Shown in pieces: positions 37,569-48,405 of a stretch of 62,036 nt of DNA. Source of the DNA: a virus (Duplodnaviria; Caudoviricetes). The stretch lies in IMG/VR virus record IMGVR_UViG_3300042889_000724, positions 1 through 62,036 of that record; one strand, written 5' to 3'. The position numbers and the translations under genes were made by a program. Each line of letters starts with the position of its first letter. The first letter of the stretch is position 1. The notes beneath the pieces are model-generated. The model did no database searches and was not told the DNA's origin. It was given only the letters and a program-made list of their open reading frames with translations.

Positions 37569-39182
37569 ATGACACTTCTTCTACGATCAGCAGGTCGCAC
37601 AGAAATAGCAAGAAGTCTTTATCGTGATATTTACAACGAGAACGACTTCTTCTATTTCTTTGTGGGCAGAACAACTGAGTGGGGTGATGAAGAATCACCT
37701 GAAGATCCAGTGGATTCTGTGCGTTATGCGAGCACGTCAAGTAGAAACATGCTGTTCGTTAAACGTATCCAATCAAGCGACACAGTTCTTATGATTCCTA
37801 GAATTAATTGGGCATCTGGAACTGTATATGATCAGTATGATGATAAGTACGGCGAACTAGATCCTGATGATGAAGTATATACTGCAAACAGTGGTGCTGC
37901 ATCGCTCAAAGATGCAGAATTTTATGTACTGACTGATGATGATCACGTCTATAAATGTATCTTCAATAATAGTAATGCACAAAGCACTACCAAACCCACA
38001 GGAACTTCCACTTCTGCAATTGAAACAGCAGATGGATATATTTGGAAGTTTATGTTTAAGGTTGAAGCATCAGATAAGACAAAGTTTCTTACGCCAGAAT
38101 ATATCCCTGTGAGAAAGATTGCAGGTTCTGGTGATCCTGCATTTGATGTTAATGGACAAATTGATACTATTACTATTACTAATGCTGGTTCTTCATATGA
38201 AACTGCACCAACCGTTATCATAAATGGTGATGGTACTGGTGCAGTTGCAACTGCTACTGTTAGTGCTGGTCTGGTTACTGCTATAACGATATCAAATTCA
38301 GGCGAAGGTTATAGTTTTGCGTATATTACATTTTCAGGCGGTGGTGGTTCTGGCGCTGCGGCTTCCGTTACATTGGGCGCTACTGAGTCTGGTACAGCAC
38401 AACAAAACGTCGAGAATGCTGCTGTTCCAGGAACAATTGATCGCATAGAAATTCTTTCTGGCGGTATCGATTACGTAGAAGGCGACGCCACCCTTTCAAT
38501 CATTGGTGATGGTTCTGGTGCAGAAGCAACACTAGAAATTGATCCAGATGATGGAGCAATTCTTTCAATTACCATAACAAATCGTGGTACTGGTTATACC
38601 TTTGCTGACATTACCATTGATGGCGCAGAAGGTACTGGCGCCAGTTTAATTGCAGTTATTTCACCAAGAGCAGGTCATGGTGCGAATGCGCAAAAAGAAC
38701 TGTTTGCAACTAATGTTGGATTCTCTGTCAATTTAACAAATGACACTGCTGATCTGTTCCTGAATAATGATTTCCGACAAATCGGATTGGTGAAAAATCC
38801 ATTAATTTTTGATACTAATAATAATTTTCAAGATTCTACGGGAACCTGCTGTTACATTATTAACACTTCATCTCCCGCTAGTTATGCCTTGGATGACGTG
38901 ATTACAACTGACAGTGGCGGTAAATTTATTGTTGTCCAAAAAGTTGATGCTAATAACAATGGATCATTAGAAAGTATATACCTTCTTCCTATAATTCCAA
39001 TAATAACATCTTCTAGTATACTCGCTAATACCACGCAATCCTTGACTGGATTGACTATAAATAGTGTGGTAGAACCTGAAATCGACAACAAAACAGGTGA
39101 AATTATATATCTGGATAACAGAGAATTCATCGTTCGTCAAGAAGATCAGGTAGAGAAAATTAGAGCAATTCTAAAATTTTAA
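37569..39182 (+). CDS. 8: Baseplate wedge subunit gp8
   Basis: YFFVGR...W, IPRINW..GT.YD.Y, FYV.T....VYKCI.N, DGYIWKFM, GHG.N...EL, FRQIGL, G.IIYLDNR. Confidence 0.88.
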   Translation: MTLLLRSAGRTEIARSLYRDIYNENDFFYFFVGRTTEWGDEESPEDPVDSVRYASTSSRNMLFVKRIQSSDTVLMIPRINWASGTVYDQYDDKYGELDPDDEVYTANSGAASLKDAEFYVLTDDDHVYKCIFNNSNAQSTTKPTGTSTSAIETADGYIWKFMFKVEASDKTKFLTPEYIPVRKIAGSGDPAFDVNGQIDTITITNAGSSYETAPTVIINGDGTGAVATATVSAGLVTAITISNSGEGYSFAYITFSGGGGSGAAASVTLGATESGTAQQNVENAAVPGTIDRIEILSGGIDYVEGDATLSIIGDGSGAEATLEIDPDDGAILSITITNRGTGYTFADITIDGAEGTGASLIAVISPRAGHGANAQKELFATNVGFSVNLTNDTADLFLNNDFRQIGLVKNPLIFDTNNNFQDSTGTCCYIINTSSPASYALDDVITTDSGGKFIVVQKVDANNNGSLESIYLLPIIPIITSSSILANTTQSLTGLTINSVVEPEIDNKTGEIIYLDNREFIVRQEDQVEKIRAILKF

Positions 39183-39197
39183 GAGAGAACATAAAAT

Positions 39198-42100
39198 ATG
39201 GCACTGAATTTAAATGTATCTCCATACTATGATGACTTTGACGATGCAAAAAATTTCAATCGAGTTTTGTTCCGTCCTGGATATGCAGTACAGGCACGCG
39301 AACTTACGCAACTACAAACTCTGTTGCAATCTCAAATTGGTAAATTCGGAAACCATATTTTCAAAAATGGTTCAGTCGTCCAAGGTTGTGAATTCAAACT
39401 GGATTCTCAGAGAGCATTCGTTAAGATCCTTGATGCTGGAGTAGATAATGACACACTAGTAGATTATGTTGGTGATACGGTAACTGGTGCAACATCAGGA
39501 ATCACCGCAGTAATTCTTGATGCAGCAACTGGTACTCAAGCAGAATCTCCTGATTTGAAAACACTATATCTTCGTTATACAAGCGGTGATGGATCCACGA
39601 CTGCGGTTCACTTTACAGGAGGTGAAACTCTTACTGTAACTTCCACCACTGCAGGCAGAAACGGTGATACATTTGTTGTTGATACCACATATGATGATGC
39701 AGAACCAACTAACAGTTATTGGGGTCTTGCTTCTGCGTTGACTGTTGATGATGGTATTGTGTATATTGATGGTAAATTCGTCAATCATGAAACACAAACA
39801 ATCATACTTTCCAAGTATTCCAACCTACCATCTGTAAAGGTTGGATTTCAGATCGTAGAAGATACAGTTTCTGCTGAAGATGATCAAACTTTACTAGATC
39901 CTGCGCAAGGATCTTTCAACTATGCTGCTCCTGGTGCCGACAGATACCAAGTTACGACTACTCTTGTTGCATATGAATCAACTGACACAATTCCTCCCAC
40001 GTTTAACCAATTGGTTGAAATCATAAGTGGAGAAGTCCAAAGAATTTACACTGCAAATATCTATGGCGAACTCGGCAAGAACATGGCCAGACGCACATAT
40101 GATGAGTCAGGTAACTATGCAGTAAGACAATTTCCTGTTCTGATTAAAGAGCATCTTAATGTTGACGATAACAATGGTTTACGAACACTAAACACTGTCG
40201 ATCCAGAACGTGGTGGCAGCAAAGATCTTCTTGCTATCGGTCTTGAAGCAGGTAAAGCATATGTTCGTGGGTACGAGCATGAAACATTCCAAACAGAATA
40301 CGTTGTTGTTCCAAAGGGACTTACAACAGTAAATCAACAAGAAATACCGATTAGCACTGCGTATGGTAACTATATTCTCGTAGATGAATTCTGCGGGATG
40401 TGGGATTTAAACACTGGCGATAAGGTCAGTCTTCGCAGTACAGCAGCAGGAGCAATTACTGCAACAACATTTTCTGCTACTGCTGCAGCGGGATCCGAAG
40501 TCGGTACTGCTCGCATAAAACAGATCGTATATGAATCGGGTACAGTTGGAACTGCTGCGGCAGAATATCGTTTATATCTCTATGACATTGCAATGTCAAG
40601 CGGAGATTTTAAGGATGTTCGTGGTATCTACTATAATGATACTGCCGATGGTCATGCCGATGTAGTTTTGACAGATGGTAATGCAGTTCTACAAGAAACA
40701 AGTTTCAACAAATCTCTATATAGAATTCCTGCTCGAGCAACGAAAACGATTGCTCCCAGTGCAGTTTACGATAACTCATTTATCTATACCAAAGAATTCG
40801 ATGGAGAACTTTCTGCAACTGGTGGCGTTACCATTACATTGTCTGGTGATGAAACATTCCCGTATGATTCGTTTACTGCAACGATCATTAAGAACAACTT
40901 CACGATGGTCTTGAAGGAAGCAGCAACAATAAACTCAGTTGCAAGACCGATCGGTTCGGTTATTGATCTTTCTGGCGCAGCATTCACAAAGAACTCTGCC
41001 CAATCTATTTCGATCGACCTAACAGGCAATGTTACTTCTGCACCAAAAACCATAAAATTGTATGTGAACGTTCAAACAGCAAATGCACAACCTGTTCTGA
41101 AGGTTCTTCGTGAAGATCGTTATGCAATCATCAATACGAATACTCACCCAGCAACAAATACTGGTACGTATTCACTTGGTCTGTCAGATGTTTATCAAAT
41201 TAAAAATATCTTTATTGGTGCCAACACTGATACTGATTCTGCAGTAGTTGCTGCTGGTGTAGATATTGCTTCTTCGTTTACTCTCGATAATGGTCAACGT
41301 GATAATGAATATCGCAATGCCAAGATCATCAAGAAACCTAGCGCACCGTCACTTACGAATAAGAAATTGGTTATCAAATTAGATTTCTTCACCCACGATG
41401 GTGCTTCTGCAGACGGTACTTTCTTTGTCGTTGATTCGTATCCGATTGATGATACTGGTGCAACCGCAGCGACAATTAAGACGCAGGATATTCCAATTTA
41501 TAGATCGCCGCTGACGGGCGAATCATTTGACTTGCGTGATACTTTAGATTTCCGTGTTCGTTATGCAGATTCTGCAGCAAATTCTACTACTGTAGGATCT
41601 GCAACAACCAATCCTACTGAGAGCACGACCTTAACTGCACCTTCTGTGGGTATCACAAATCCAGTTCCAACAGAACAGTTTATTACTGATTTAGAGTATT
41701 ATCTCGGAAGAACAGATCGACTGATCATTGACTCCGAAGGTGTGTTCAGTTCTATCTACGGAACACCGTCACTTACTCCTGGAACTCCCGCCGAACCTGA
41801 CAATTGCATGTCACTGGCAATCATAACAATTCCACCATATCCATCACTCGCTCCTAATGTTGCGAAGACTGTGAATCGCCCAGATTATGGTGTGACATTC
41901 CGAAGCATTGATAATCGTCGTTACACAATGCGCGATATCGGTGTTCTAGAACAACGAATTAACCGTCTTGAGTATTATACATCTCTATCGCTACTGGAAA
42001 AAGCGGCCAGCGATTTGTCCATACCAGATGGTTCTGGTCTTGATCGATTCAAAAATGGTATCCTAGTTGATGCGTTTACTGGGCATAACATCGGTAATGT

Positions 42101-45100
42101 TTTCGATAGTGCATATCATATTTCAATTGATCCAGTAAAGAAAGAGATGCGTCCTTTCTTCCATCTGGAAAATATTGATCTCGCGTTTGATTATACCAAC
42201 TCAACAAACGTATATAAGACGGGTGACTTGATCACTCTTCCATATGTAAACGTTGAGATGACTAAAAATACATCTGCCTCCAAACCAAGAAATTGTGTCG
42301 GGGAGTTACTCTTTAACTACATCGGAAATATGGAACTAGATCCACCAGTTGATAACTGGACGGATACCGCACGGCAACCAGATGTAAGCGTAAACTTCGA
42401 TGGAAATTACGATGCTTGGGAAAACATGGCAGATGCATGGGGAACTCAGTATGGTGATTGGCAAGATGTAGTAACTGGAAGAACCGCCACAGGACAATCT
42501 TCACAAACTGTCTCTGGTAATACGCAATTACGTGGTGATACGCTATTCCAAGAACAAACACAAGTTGTTACTACTACCACCGAACAACGTCAAACTCGTC
42601 AAGGTGTTTCTATTTCAGTAACTCCGGAAACACAATCTCAGAGAATTGGTGCTCGTGTAACGGACACTTCAATCATCCCGTTCATGCGGTCAATTGTCGT
42701 AACGTTTATCGCGAAAAGAATGAAACCGAATACTAGAGTATTCCCATTCTTTGATGGTATTGGTGTCGCGACACATTGTAGACCACTGAGTTTTGATCCA
42801 ACCACGGATATACCACCAACGGATCCTGCAGCGTATTCATCATATATCGATGGTACTTATGGTGATCCATTAATTACAAATGCTCAAGGTATTTGCGTAG
42901 GTCAATTTAGAATTCCAGCAGCGACATTCCGCACTGGTGATAAGAATTTCCGTCTCTGTGATGATCAATTTAACCGTGATGCATTCATAACAACTGCGTC
43001 AATGCAAACATGGTCAGCAAATGGATTGTCACAATCTGTTCAAGATACAGTCGTATCGACTCGTGTTGCTAACGTAGCAGTTAATAACGTTTCAGATTCG
43101 AGATCAGTATTTGAAACATCTACTACTCAAAATAGATTAGCAGATAGAAATGTTGGTGTTGTCCAAACAACAGTAAACAATACATTCACGACAGTCAATA
43201 ACGTAACAAATATTGATAATACTGTGACTAATACTACAGTAGTTAATGTTACGGAAGTTATCGATGTTGTTCAAGATCCTGTTGTTATTACACCAACTCC
43301 ACCACCAACACCAACTTCACCTGTCGTGGTTATTGCCGATACTCCAACTCCAAACCCTTGCGAACCAGTAACAACCTGCTGGGAAGAATCGGAATTCCAA
43401 ATTGGTGGTCTAGGTGGTTTCGGTGGTCTTATCAATGGAAGTATCGAAACAGTAATCGTACCAGCTGGATGCAACACAGTAAGTCCTTGCGCGCCAGCTT
43501 TTCGCGGACGAGATCCTATCGCGCAGACCTTCTACGTCGAAGGTATGCCATTCGGTTGTTATGTTACCAACCTTGATGTATATTTCAGAACCAAATCATC
43601 TAGTGCACCAATTACTCTCCAACTAAGAGAAGTGGTAAACGGATATCCAGGTAATAGAGTTATTCCGTTTGGTGAAGTCACACTAAATCCTGCTGACGTT
43701 TCTGTCAGCGAAACCGCTGCGACTGCAACAACATTCACTTTCCCTTCGCCTGTATATCTCCAGAACAATACGGAATACTGTTTTGTTCTTCTTCCCGCAG
43801 GTAATAATCCAGATTATAATATTTGGGTTTCTGAATTGGGCGAGAACGAACTCGGCACAGAGAATAGAATTTCTGAGCAACCCCATGTTGGTGTCCTATT
43901 CACATCCGCCAATGATAGATCATGGACAGCACAACAAGCAGAAGATATTAAGTTTACTTTGCGTCGTGCAAACTTTGAAATCAATACAGTTGGTTCGCTT
44001 GTGATGAAAAACATGGATGTCGACTTCCTGAAATTCGATTCGTTTACGAACGGAAACTTTGAAGCAGGTGATGTAATTCACGGATTCTCCTTCGATATTA
44101 CAAATGCGGGGACTGGTTATACGAACGGAACTATTGCACATACTCTGTCAGGTGGTGGTGCTACTACAAATGCAACTGTTGCTGTAACAATCGCAGGCGG
44201 ATCAGTAACAAATGTCGTAGTTACAAATCCAGGAGCAGGATATACTACATCAACTGGAACTCTGGCAGCGACTGTTGCTACTTCTGGTACTGCTGGTCAG
44301 TTTACTTGTGGTGCATCGTCGCTATCTGTTGGTGATACTGTAACAATTACTGGTACTCGTGCAGGTACAGGTACCATTACTGGATACACATCAGGAACTG
44401 TCTACAAAGTTTCTGCAGTAACTGGAACGTCACCAAATGTTACTGGATTCACTCTTCAAACTTCTGGTGGTGCAGCAATCGTAACTACTGCTGGTACGTT
44501 GACGGGGTTGACATATGTAACTGCAACTAATCCGACACTAACGATCTCAAGTGGTGCTGGTTCGAGTGCAGCAGTTACTGTTACGCTTAACAGAGGATTT
44601 GTTAAACAATATGATTCTCTATACAATGTTGGTAAGATTTTAGTAAATTCAGGTTCGTTCACTGCTGCTGATATTATTGGTAACGGTACATCTTATGCTG
44701 AAATTACTGAAATTGAGAACAAGCAACTTAATGTCCTTGAAACCAATATCGGTTCCATTGATCATACTCCTGCAACCATTGCTTGGTCGGTCGCACCAAC
44801 TGCAACTGGTGCAGGTGCGGGCGGAACTACGTTTGCGGGAATCAATTTTGGGCAGGAGTATGAGTTATCATATGAAGCACAAATCTATTCGTACTCAAAT
44901 GAACAGGCAAATTTGGGTGGGGATAAATCTCTGACAGTTAGAGCAGGTATGATAACACAAACATCAACTGTTTCGCCTGTAATCGATACTAGAAAATGTT
45001 CTATAATCGCAATTGCCAATGATGTAAATAATGATACTACCGATGAAGATGGAAACAACGGTTCCGCTGCTTCTAAGTATATCTCTCGTAGAGTTGTTCT

Positions 45101-45464
45101 TGATGACGGGCAAGATGCAGAAGATCTAAAGGTATATTTGAGTAATCAGATTCCAGCAGGTTGCGACGTTAAAGTATATGGAAAATTCCAAGAAGCAACA
45201 GATCCCTCAAACTTTGATGATCTTGCTTGGATTGAATTGGAGGCAGTAAATCCACCGCTTAACAACACAGCAAAATCTGGTTATGTTGAATATCAGTATG
45301 TCATACCTACAGCAAATAAAAATGCTGGAGTTCTTGAATACACAGTAGGAAGTGCTACGTACAGCGGATATAAAAGTTTCGCAGTAAAGGTTATTCCTCT
45401 TTCAACAAATACTTCTGTTGTTCCTCGTGTGAGAGAACTAAGAGCGATTGCATTACAGGTATAA
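39198..45464 (+). CDS. Large virion structural protein (DUF4815/VrlC-like)
   Basis: LNVSPYYDDFD..KNFNRVLFRPG.AVQARELTQLQ, APGADR, ARRTYDESGNY, RYTMRDIG.LE.RI..LEYYTSL, DRFKNG..VD.F, DP.AQTF. Confidence 0.8.
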   Translation: MALNLNVSPYYDDFDDAKNFNRVLFRPGYAVQARELTQLQTLLQSQIGKFGNHIFKNGSVVQGCEFKLDSQRAFVKILDAGVDNDTLVDYVGDTVTGATSGITAVILDAATGTQAESPDLKTLYLRYTSGDGSTTAVHFTGGETLTVTSTTAGRNGDTFVVDTTYDDAEPTNSYWGLASALTVDDGIVYIDGKFVNHETQTIILSKYSNLPSVKVGFQIVEDTVSAEDDQTLLDPAQGSFNYAAPGADRYQVTTTLVAYESTDTIPPTFNQLVEIISGEVQRIYTANIYGELGKNMARRTYDESGNYAVRQFPVLIKEHLNVDDNNGLRTLNTVDPERGGSKDLLAIGLEAGKAYVRGYEHETFQTEYVVVPKGLTTVNQQEIPISTAYGNYILVDEFCGMWDLNTGDKVSLRSTAAGAITATTFSATAAAGSEVGTARIKQIVYESGTVGTAAAEYRLYLYDIAMSSGDFKDVRGIYYNDTADGHADVVLTDGNAVLQETSFNKSLYRIPARATKTIAPSAVYDNSFIYTKEFDGELSATGGVTITLSGDETFPYDSFTATIIKNNFTMVLKEAATINSVARPIGSVIDLSGAAFTKNSAQSISIDLTGNVTSAPKTIKLYVNVQTANAQPVLKVLREDRYAIINTNTHPATNTGTYSLGLSDVYQIKNIFIGANTDTDSAVVAAGVDIASSFTLDNGQRDNEYRNAKIIKKPSAPSLTNKKLVIKLDFFTHDGASADGTFFVVDSYPIDDTGATAATIKTQDIPIYRSPLTGESFDLRDTLDFRVRYADSAANSTTVGSATTNPTESTTLTAPSVGITNPVPTEQFITDLEYYLGRTDRLIIDSEGVFSSIYGTPSLTPGTPAEPDNCMSLAIITIPPYPSLAPNVAKTVNRPDYGVTFRSIDNRRYTMRDIGVLEQRINRLEYYTSLSLLEKAASDLSIPDGSGLDRFKNGILVDAFTGHNIGNVFDSAYHISIDPVKKEMRPFFHLENIDLAFDYTNSTNVYKTGDLITLPYVNVEMTKNTSASKPRNCVGELLFNYIGNMELDPPVDNWTDTARQPDVSVNFDGNYDAWENMADAWGTQYGDWQDVVTGRTATGQSSQTVSGNTQLRGDTLFQEQTQVVTTTTEQRQTRQGVSISVTPETQSQRIGARVTDTSIIPFMRSIVVTFIAKRMKPNTRVFPFFDGIGVATHCRPLSFDPTTDIPPTDPAAYSSYIDGTYGDPLITNAQGICVGQFRIPAATFRTGDKNFRLCDDQFNRDAFITTASMQTWSANGLSQSVQDTVVSTRVANVAVNNVSDSRSVFETSTTQNRLADRNVGVVQTTVNNTFTTVNNVTNIDNTVTNTTVVNVTEVIDVVQDPVVITPTPPPTPTSPVVVIADTPTPNPCEPVTTCWEESEFQIGGLGGFGGLINGSIETVIVPAGCNTVSPCAPAFRGRDPIAQTFYVEGMPFGCYVTNLDVYFRTKSSSAPITLQLREVVNGYPGNRVIPFGEVTLNPADVSVSETAATATTFTFPSPVYLQNNTEYCFVLLPAGNNPDYNIWVSELGENELGTENRISEQPHVGVLFTSANDRSWTAQQAEDIKFTLRRANFEINTVGSLVMKNMDVDFLKFDSFTNGNFEAGDVIHGFSFDITNAGTGYTNGTIAHTLSGGGATTNATVAVTIAGGSVTNVVVTNPGAGYTTSTGTLAATVATSGTAGQFTCGASSLSVGDTVTITGTRAGTGTITGYTSGTVYKVSAVTGTSPNVTGFTLQTSGGAAIVTTAGTLTGLTYVTATNPTLTISSGAGSSAAVTVTLNRGFVKQYDSLYNVGKILVNSGSFTAADIIGNGTSYAEITEIENKQLNVLETNIGSIDHTPATIAWSVAPTATGAGAGGTTFAGINFGQEYELSYEAQIYSYSNEQANLGGDKSLTVRAGMITQTSTVSPVIDTRKCSIIAIANDVNNDTTDEDGNNGSAASKYISRRVVLDDGQDAEDLKVYLSNQIPAGCDVKVYGKFQEATDPSNFDDLAWIELEAVNPPLNNTAKSGYVEYQYVIPTANKNAGVLEYTVGSATYSGYKSFAVKVIPLSTNTSVVPRVRELRAIALQV

Positions 45465-45465
45465 C

Positions 45466-45675
45466 ATGACAAGAATTAAACTAACCGATACATCTAAGTA
45501 TGAACGTGATGGTCATTCGAAGGCAATACTTTCGAATGATCTGCCTGCTCTAGCGGCATACAAGTCTCGTAAACAACACATGAAACAAATTGAATCATAT
45601 GGAGACGATATAAATAATCTTAAGAATGAAATGATTGAGATTAAAAACCTACTAACACAAATACTACAGAAATAA
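45466..45675 (+). CDS. Small coiled-coil hypothetical protein
   Basis: MTRIKL..YERD..SKAIL.N..INNLKNEMIEIKNLL; start at the ATG after the upstream stop. Confidence 0.65.
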   Translation: MTRIKLTDTSKYERDGHSKAILSNDLPALAAYKSRKQHMKQIESYGDDINNLKNEMIEIKNLLTQILQK

Positions 45676-45686
45676 GGATAAAAAGC

Positions 45687-46169
45687 ATGAGCACACTTAC
45701 CCTTAGATCTGTAAAGGGGACTCCGCTGACAAATACTGAAGTTGATACTAACTTCAGCAATTTGAATACAGATAAGTATGAATCTGGCGCTAGTCCTTCT
45801 TTTGCAGATTTAACACTTACAGGATCCCTGACCAAATCGGTTGCAGGCACAGTTACAGCAGCAGGAACCACTCAAGGTGATGCTACTGCGCTGACAAAAA
45901 CTGTCAACATGATCACAACAGCAACAGCAAATCAGGGTGTAAAACTCCCGACTGCTGCCGCTGGATTGACCATCAAGGTTATCAATACCACAGCAGTTAC
46001 CATTAAGGTGTATCCAAATACTTCAGATGTTATTGACGGTGGAACTGTCAACGTTGGTGTTAATCTATCACCATATTCATCTGTTGAATTGGTTGCACAA
46101 GATGCCGTAGATTGGTATCGCGTAACTAATTTAATTGTATATGACTCGAGTGGTAACAGGTTAAACTAA
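45687..46169 (+). CDS. Putative fibre-attachment / structural protein
   Basis: N-terminal LR..KG.PLT..EVD.NF motif seen in fibre-base proteins; TATAAATA at 45609-45616; AAGGA RBS. Confidence 0.6.
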   Translation: MSTLTLRSVKGTPLTNTEVDTNFSNLNTDKYESGASPSFADLTLTGSLTKSVAGTVTAAGTTQGDATALTKTVNMITTATANQGVKLPTAAAGLTIKVINTTAVTIKVYPNTSDVIDGGTVNVGVNLSPYSSVELVAQDAVDWYRVTNLIVYDSSGNRLN

Positions 46170-46170
46170 A

Positions 46171-48402
46171 ATGAACCCTCTAAAGGTCAAGGCAACAGGT
46201 TCCCCAATCACTTCTGCAAACATCAGCGGTTTGCAGACCATGACCGACGCAGAGGTAAAAAATTATATTGCCAATGTTATCACAGAAAAGTTTGCTTCAG
46301 TAACAGATGGTACTGGTACTGCTGAAATTAACATTACTACAAACGACAGTGGGTCTGGTACTTCAATCGGAACATTCGTCGATACGACAAGAACCGAATC
46401 TATCGGAACACATCCTGCTACTGGTGCAGTCTCTACAACAACATACACTGCTAAGCAGGTTACTGCTGCTGCGGTGGAAAGTATTACCAACAGACCATTA
46501 GCATGGGATTCTCGTCTAGAAGAAATGGTAGATGGTGACATTGATAGCACAATGGATCTCTGCGTTGAGGCGATGGTCGCAGAATCAACATATACTGCTG
46601 GGCAATATAAACTCCAAGCAACTGCACCATCGGGCGGAACTTGGGTTTCGCGGTATACATTAACAGATACAGCGCAAGGTGGAAACACTGTAACATATCT
46701 GTGGCAGAAAACAGTTGCATCTTCATCACCAACAGCGGATCTTACACCACTAAGAGCGTTTAATGGTGGTAACTGCAAGCAGATGACTGAGGCAGAAATC
46801 GAGCAGATGCTTCCAGTCTTTAGAAATAGAATTATTGAAACAGGTATCGGAACTTATAAAATCCAATCAGATGCGCCTAGTGGCGGCACTTGGGTTCAAA
46901 CAGGTAACACATTCACGGATACTCGCGAAGAAGTAACGCCACAGAATTATGCAGGAAACTTTACTGGAAATTTCACTGGTAACTTTTCTGGGAATTATGT
47001 CGGTACAGCAAACTACTCAGGTTCTAGAACATATTCTGGAAACTATCTTGGCGGTGGAACTTTTTCTGGAACTTATTCTGGTTCTAGAACTTATTCTGGT
47101 AACTATCTAGGTGCTGGAAACTTTTCTGGCAATTATTCTGGTTCAAGAACTTATTCTGGTAACTATCTAGGTACTGGAAACTTTACTGGTCCACAAAACT
47201 ACTCAGGTAGTAGAACCTATTCTGGTAACTACTTAGGCACTGGAAACTTTGCTGGCGGGGTAAACTACTCTGGTAATAGAACTTATTCTGGCACTTACTT
47301 GGGAACTGGAAACTTTTCTGGCGCACAGAACTACTCTGGTTCTAGAAACTATGCTGGTGCCTACTTAGGCACTGGAAACTTTGCTGGAACAATATCGTAT
47401 TCCGGATCTAGAAACTATGCTGCCAACTATCTTTCACCACCATCAACTTATGGTGGAGTATATGCTGGTTCGAGAAACTATGCAGGATTTTATGCAGGTC
47501 CAGGCACAAATTATTCTGGATTCTTTATGGCAGAAACTTATTCAGGAGGTCCATATTCTGGACCAATTGGATACTCTGGTACACCATACACAATATATCA
47601 ACCAACACCAAGTAGTCTAGATACAGTAGTTTATTTTGTGACGCCATACTTTAGTGGTCCAGGAGGATTCTACTCAGGTCCAGGATTCCAGGCAACACAA
47701 TTTATTCCTGGTGTCGGAAATTTTCCTGTATTCTATTCAGGCGGAGAATTCGCTGGTCCTGGTCCTGGATACTCAGGTTCCAGAAATTATACTCCAACTT
47801 TTCCAATTGCTGGATATTTGGGATTTTATTCAGGTCCAGGTATAAACTACTCTGGTTCTAGAAACTATACTGGTAACTATGCAGGTTCTGGAAACTTTGC
47901 TGGACCACAGAACTATTCTGGGGACAGAAACTATTCTGGTAACTACTTAGGTTCTGGTGGAAACTTTGCTGGACCGCAGAATTACTCTGGTTCAAGAAAC
48001 TATTCTGGTAACTATCTAGGTACTGCAAACTTTACTGGACCACAGAACTATTCTGGGGACAGAAACTATTCTGGTAACTATCTAGGTACTGCAAACTTTA
48101 CTGGACCGCAGAATTACTCTGGATCTAGACCATATTCTGGTAACTATCTTGGAACTTATGGCGGAGCAGCAAATTATTCTGGATCTAGAAACTATACTGG
48201 TAACTACGTAGGAAATTATGGTGGAGCAGTAAATTATTCTGGTTCTAGAAATTACTCAGGCCTATATAATGGACCAGCAAATTATTCAGGCAATTACTCA
48301 AGCGCATTCTCGGGTAATTTTAGTGGATCATTTTCTGGGGCAACAATACAAGCAACTAAAGAAACAGTGTCATCTGTTAAGTTATGGATAAGGACGGCAT
48401 AA
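46171..48402 (+). CDS. Putative fibre protein A with mirror-symmetric (Y/F)xG repeats
   Basis: About 258-aa N-domain and C-terminal ATKETVS..KLW.RT shared with the next gene; repeats span 46945-48339. Confidence 0.7.
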   Translation: MNPLKVKATGSPITSANISGLQTMTDAEVKNYIANVITEKFASVTDGTGTAEINITTNDSGSGTSIGTFVDTTRTESIGTHPATGAVSTTTYTAKQVTAAAVESITNRPLAWDSRLEEMVDGDIDSTMDLCVEAMVAESTYTAGQYKLQATAPSGGTWVSRYTLTDTAQGGNTVTYLWQKTVASSSPTADLTPLRAFNGGNCKQMTEAEIEQMLPVFRNRIIETGIGTYKIQSDAPSGGTWVQTGNTFTDTREEVTPQNYAGNFTGNFTGNFSGNYVGTANYSGSRTYSGNYLGGGTFSGTYSGSRTYSGNYLGAGNFSGNYSGSRTYSGNYLGTGNFTGPQNYSGSRTYSGNYLGTGNFAGGVNYSGNRTYSGTYLGTGNFSGAQNYSGSRNYAGAYLGTGNFAGTISYSGSRNYAANYLSPPSTYGGVYAGSRNYAGFYAGPGTNYSGFFMAETYSGGPYSGPIGYSGTPYTIYQPTPSSLDTVVYFVTPYFSGPGGFYSGPGFQATQFIPGVGNFPVFYSGGEFAGPGPGYSGSRNYTPTFPIAGYLGFYSGPGINYSGSRNYTGNYAGSGNFAGPQNYSGDRNYSGNYLGSGGNFAGPQNYSGSRNYSGNYLGTANFTGPQNYSGDRNYSGNYLGTANFTGPQNYSGSRPYSGNYLGTYGGAANYSGSRNYTGNYVGNYGGAVNYSGSRNYSGLYNGPANYSGNYSSAFSGNFSGSFSGATIQATKETVSSVKLWIRTA

Positions 48403-48405
48403 AAC

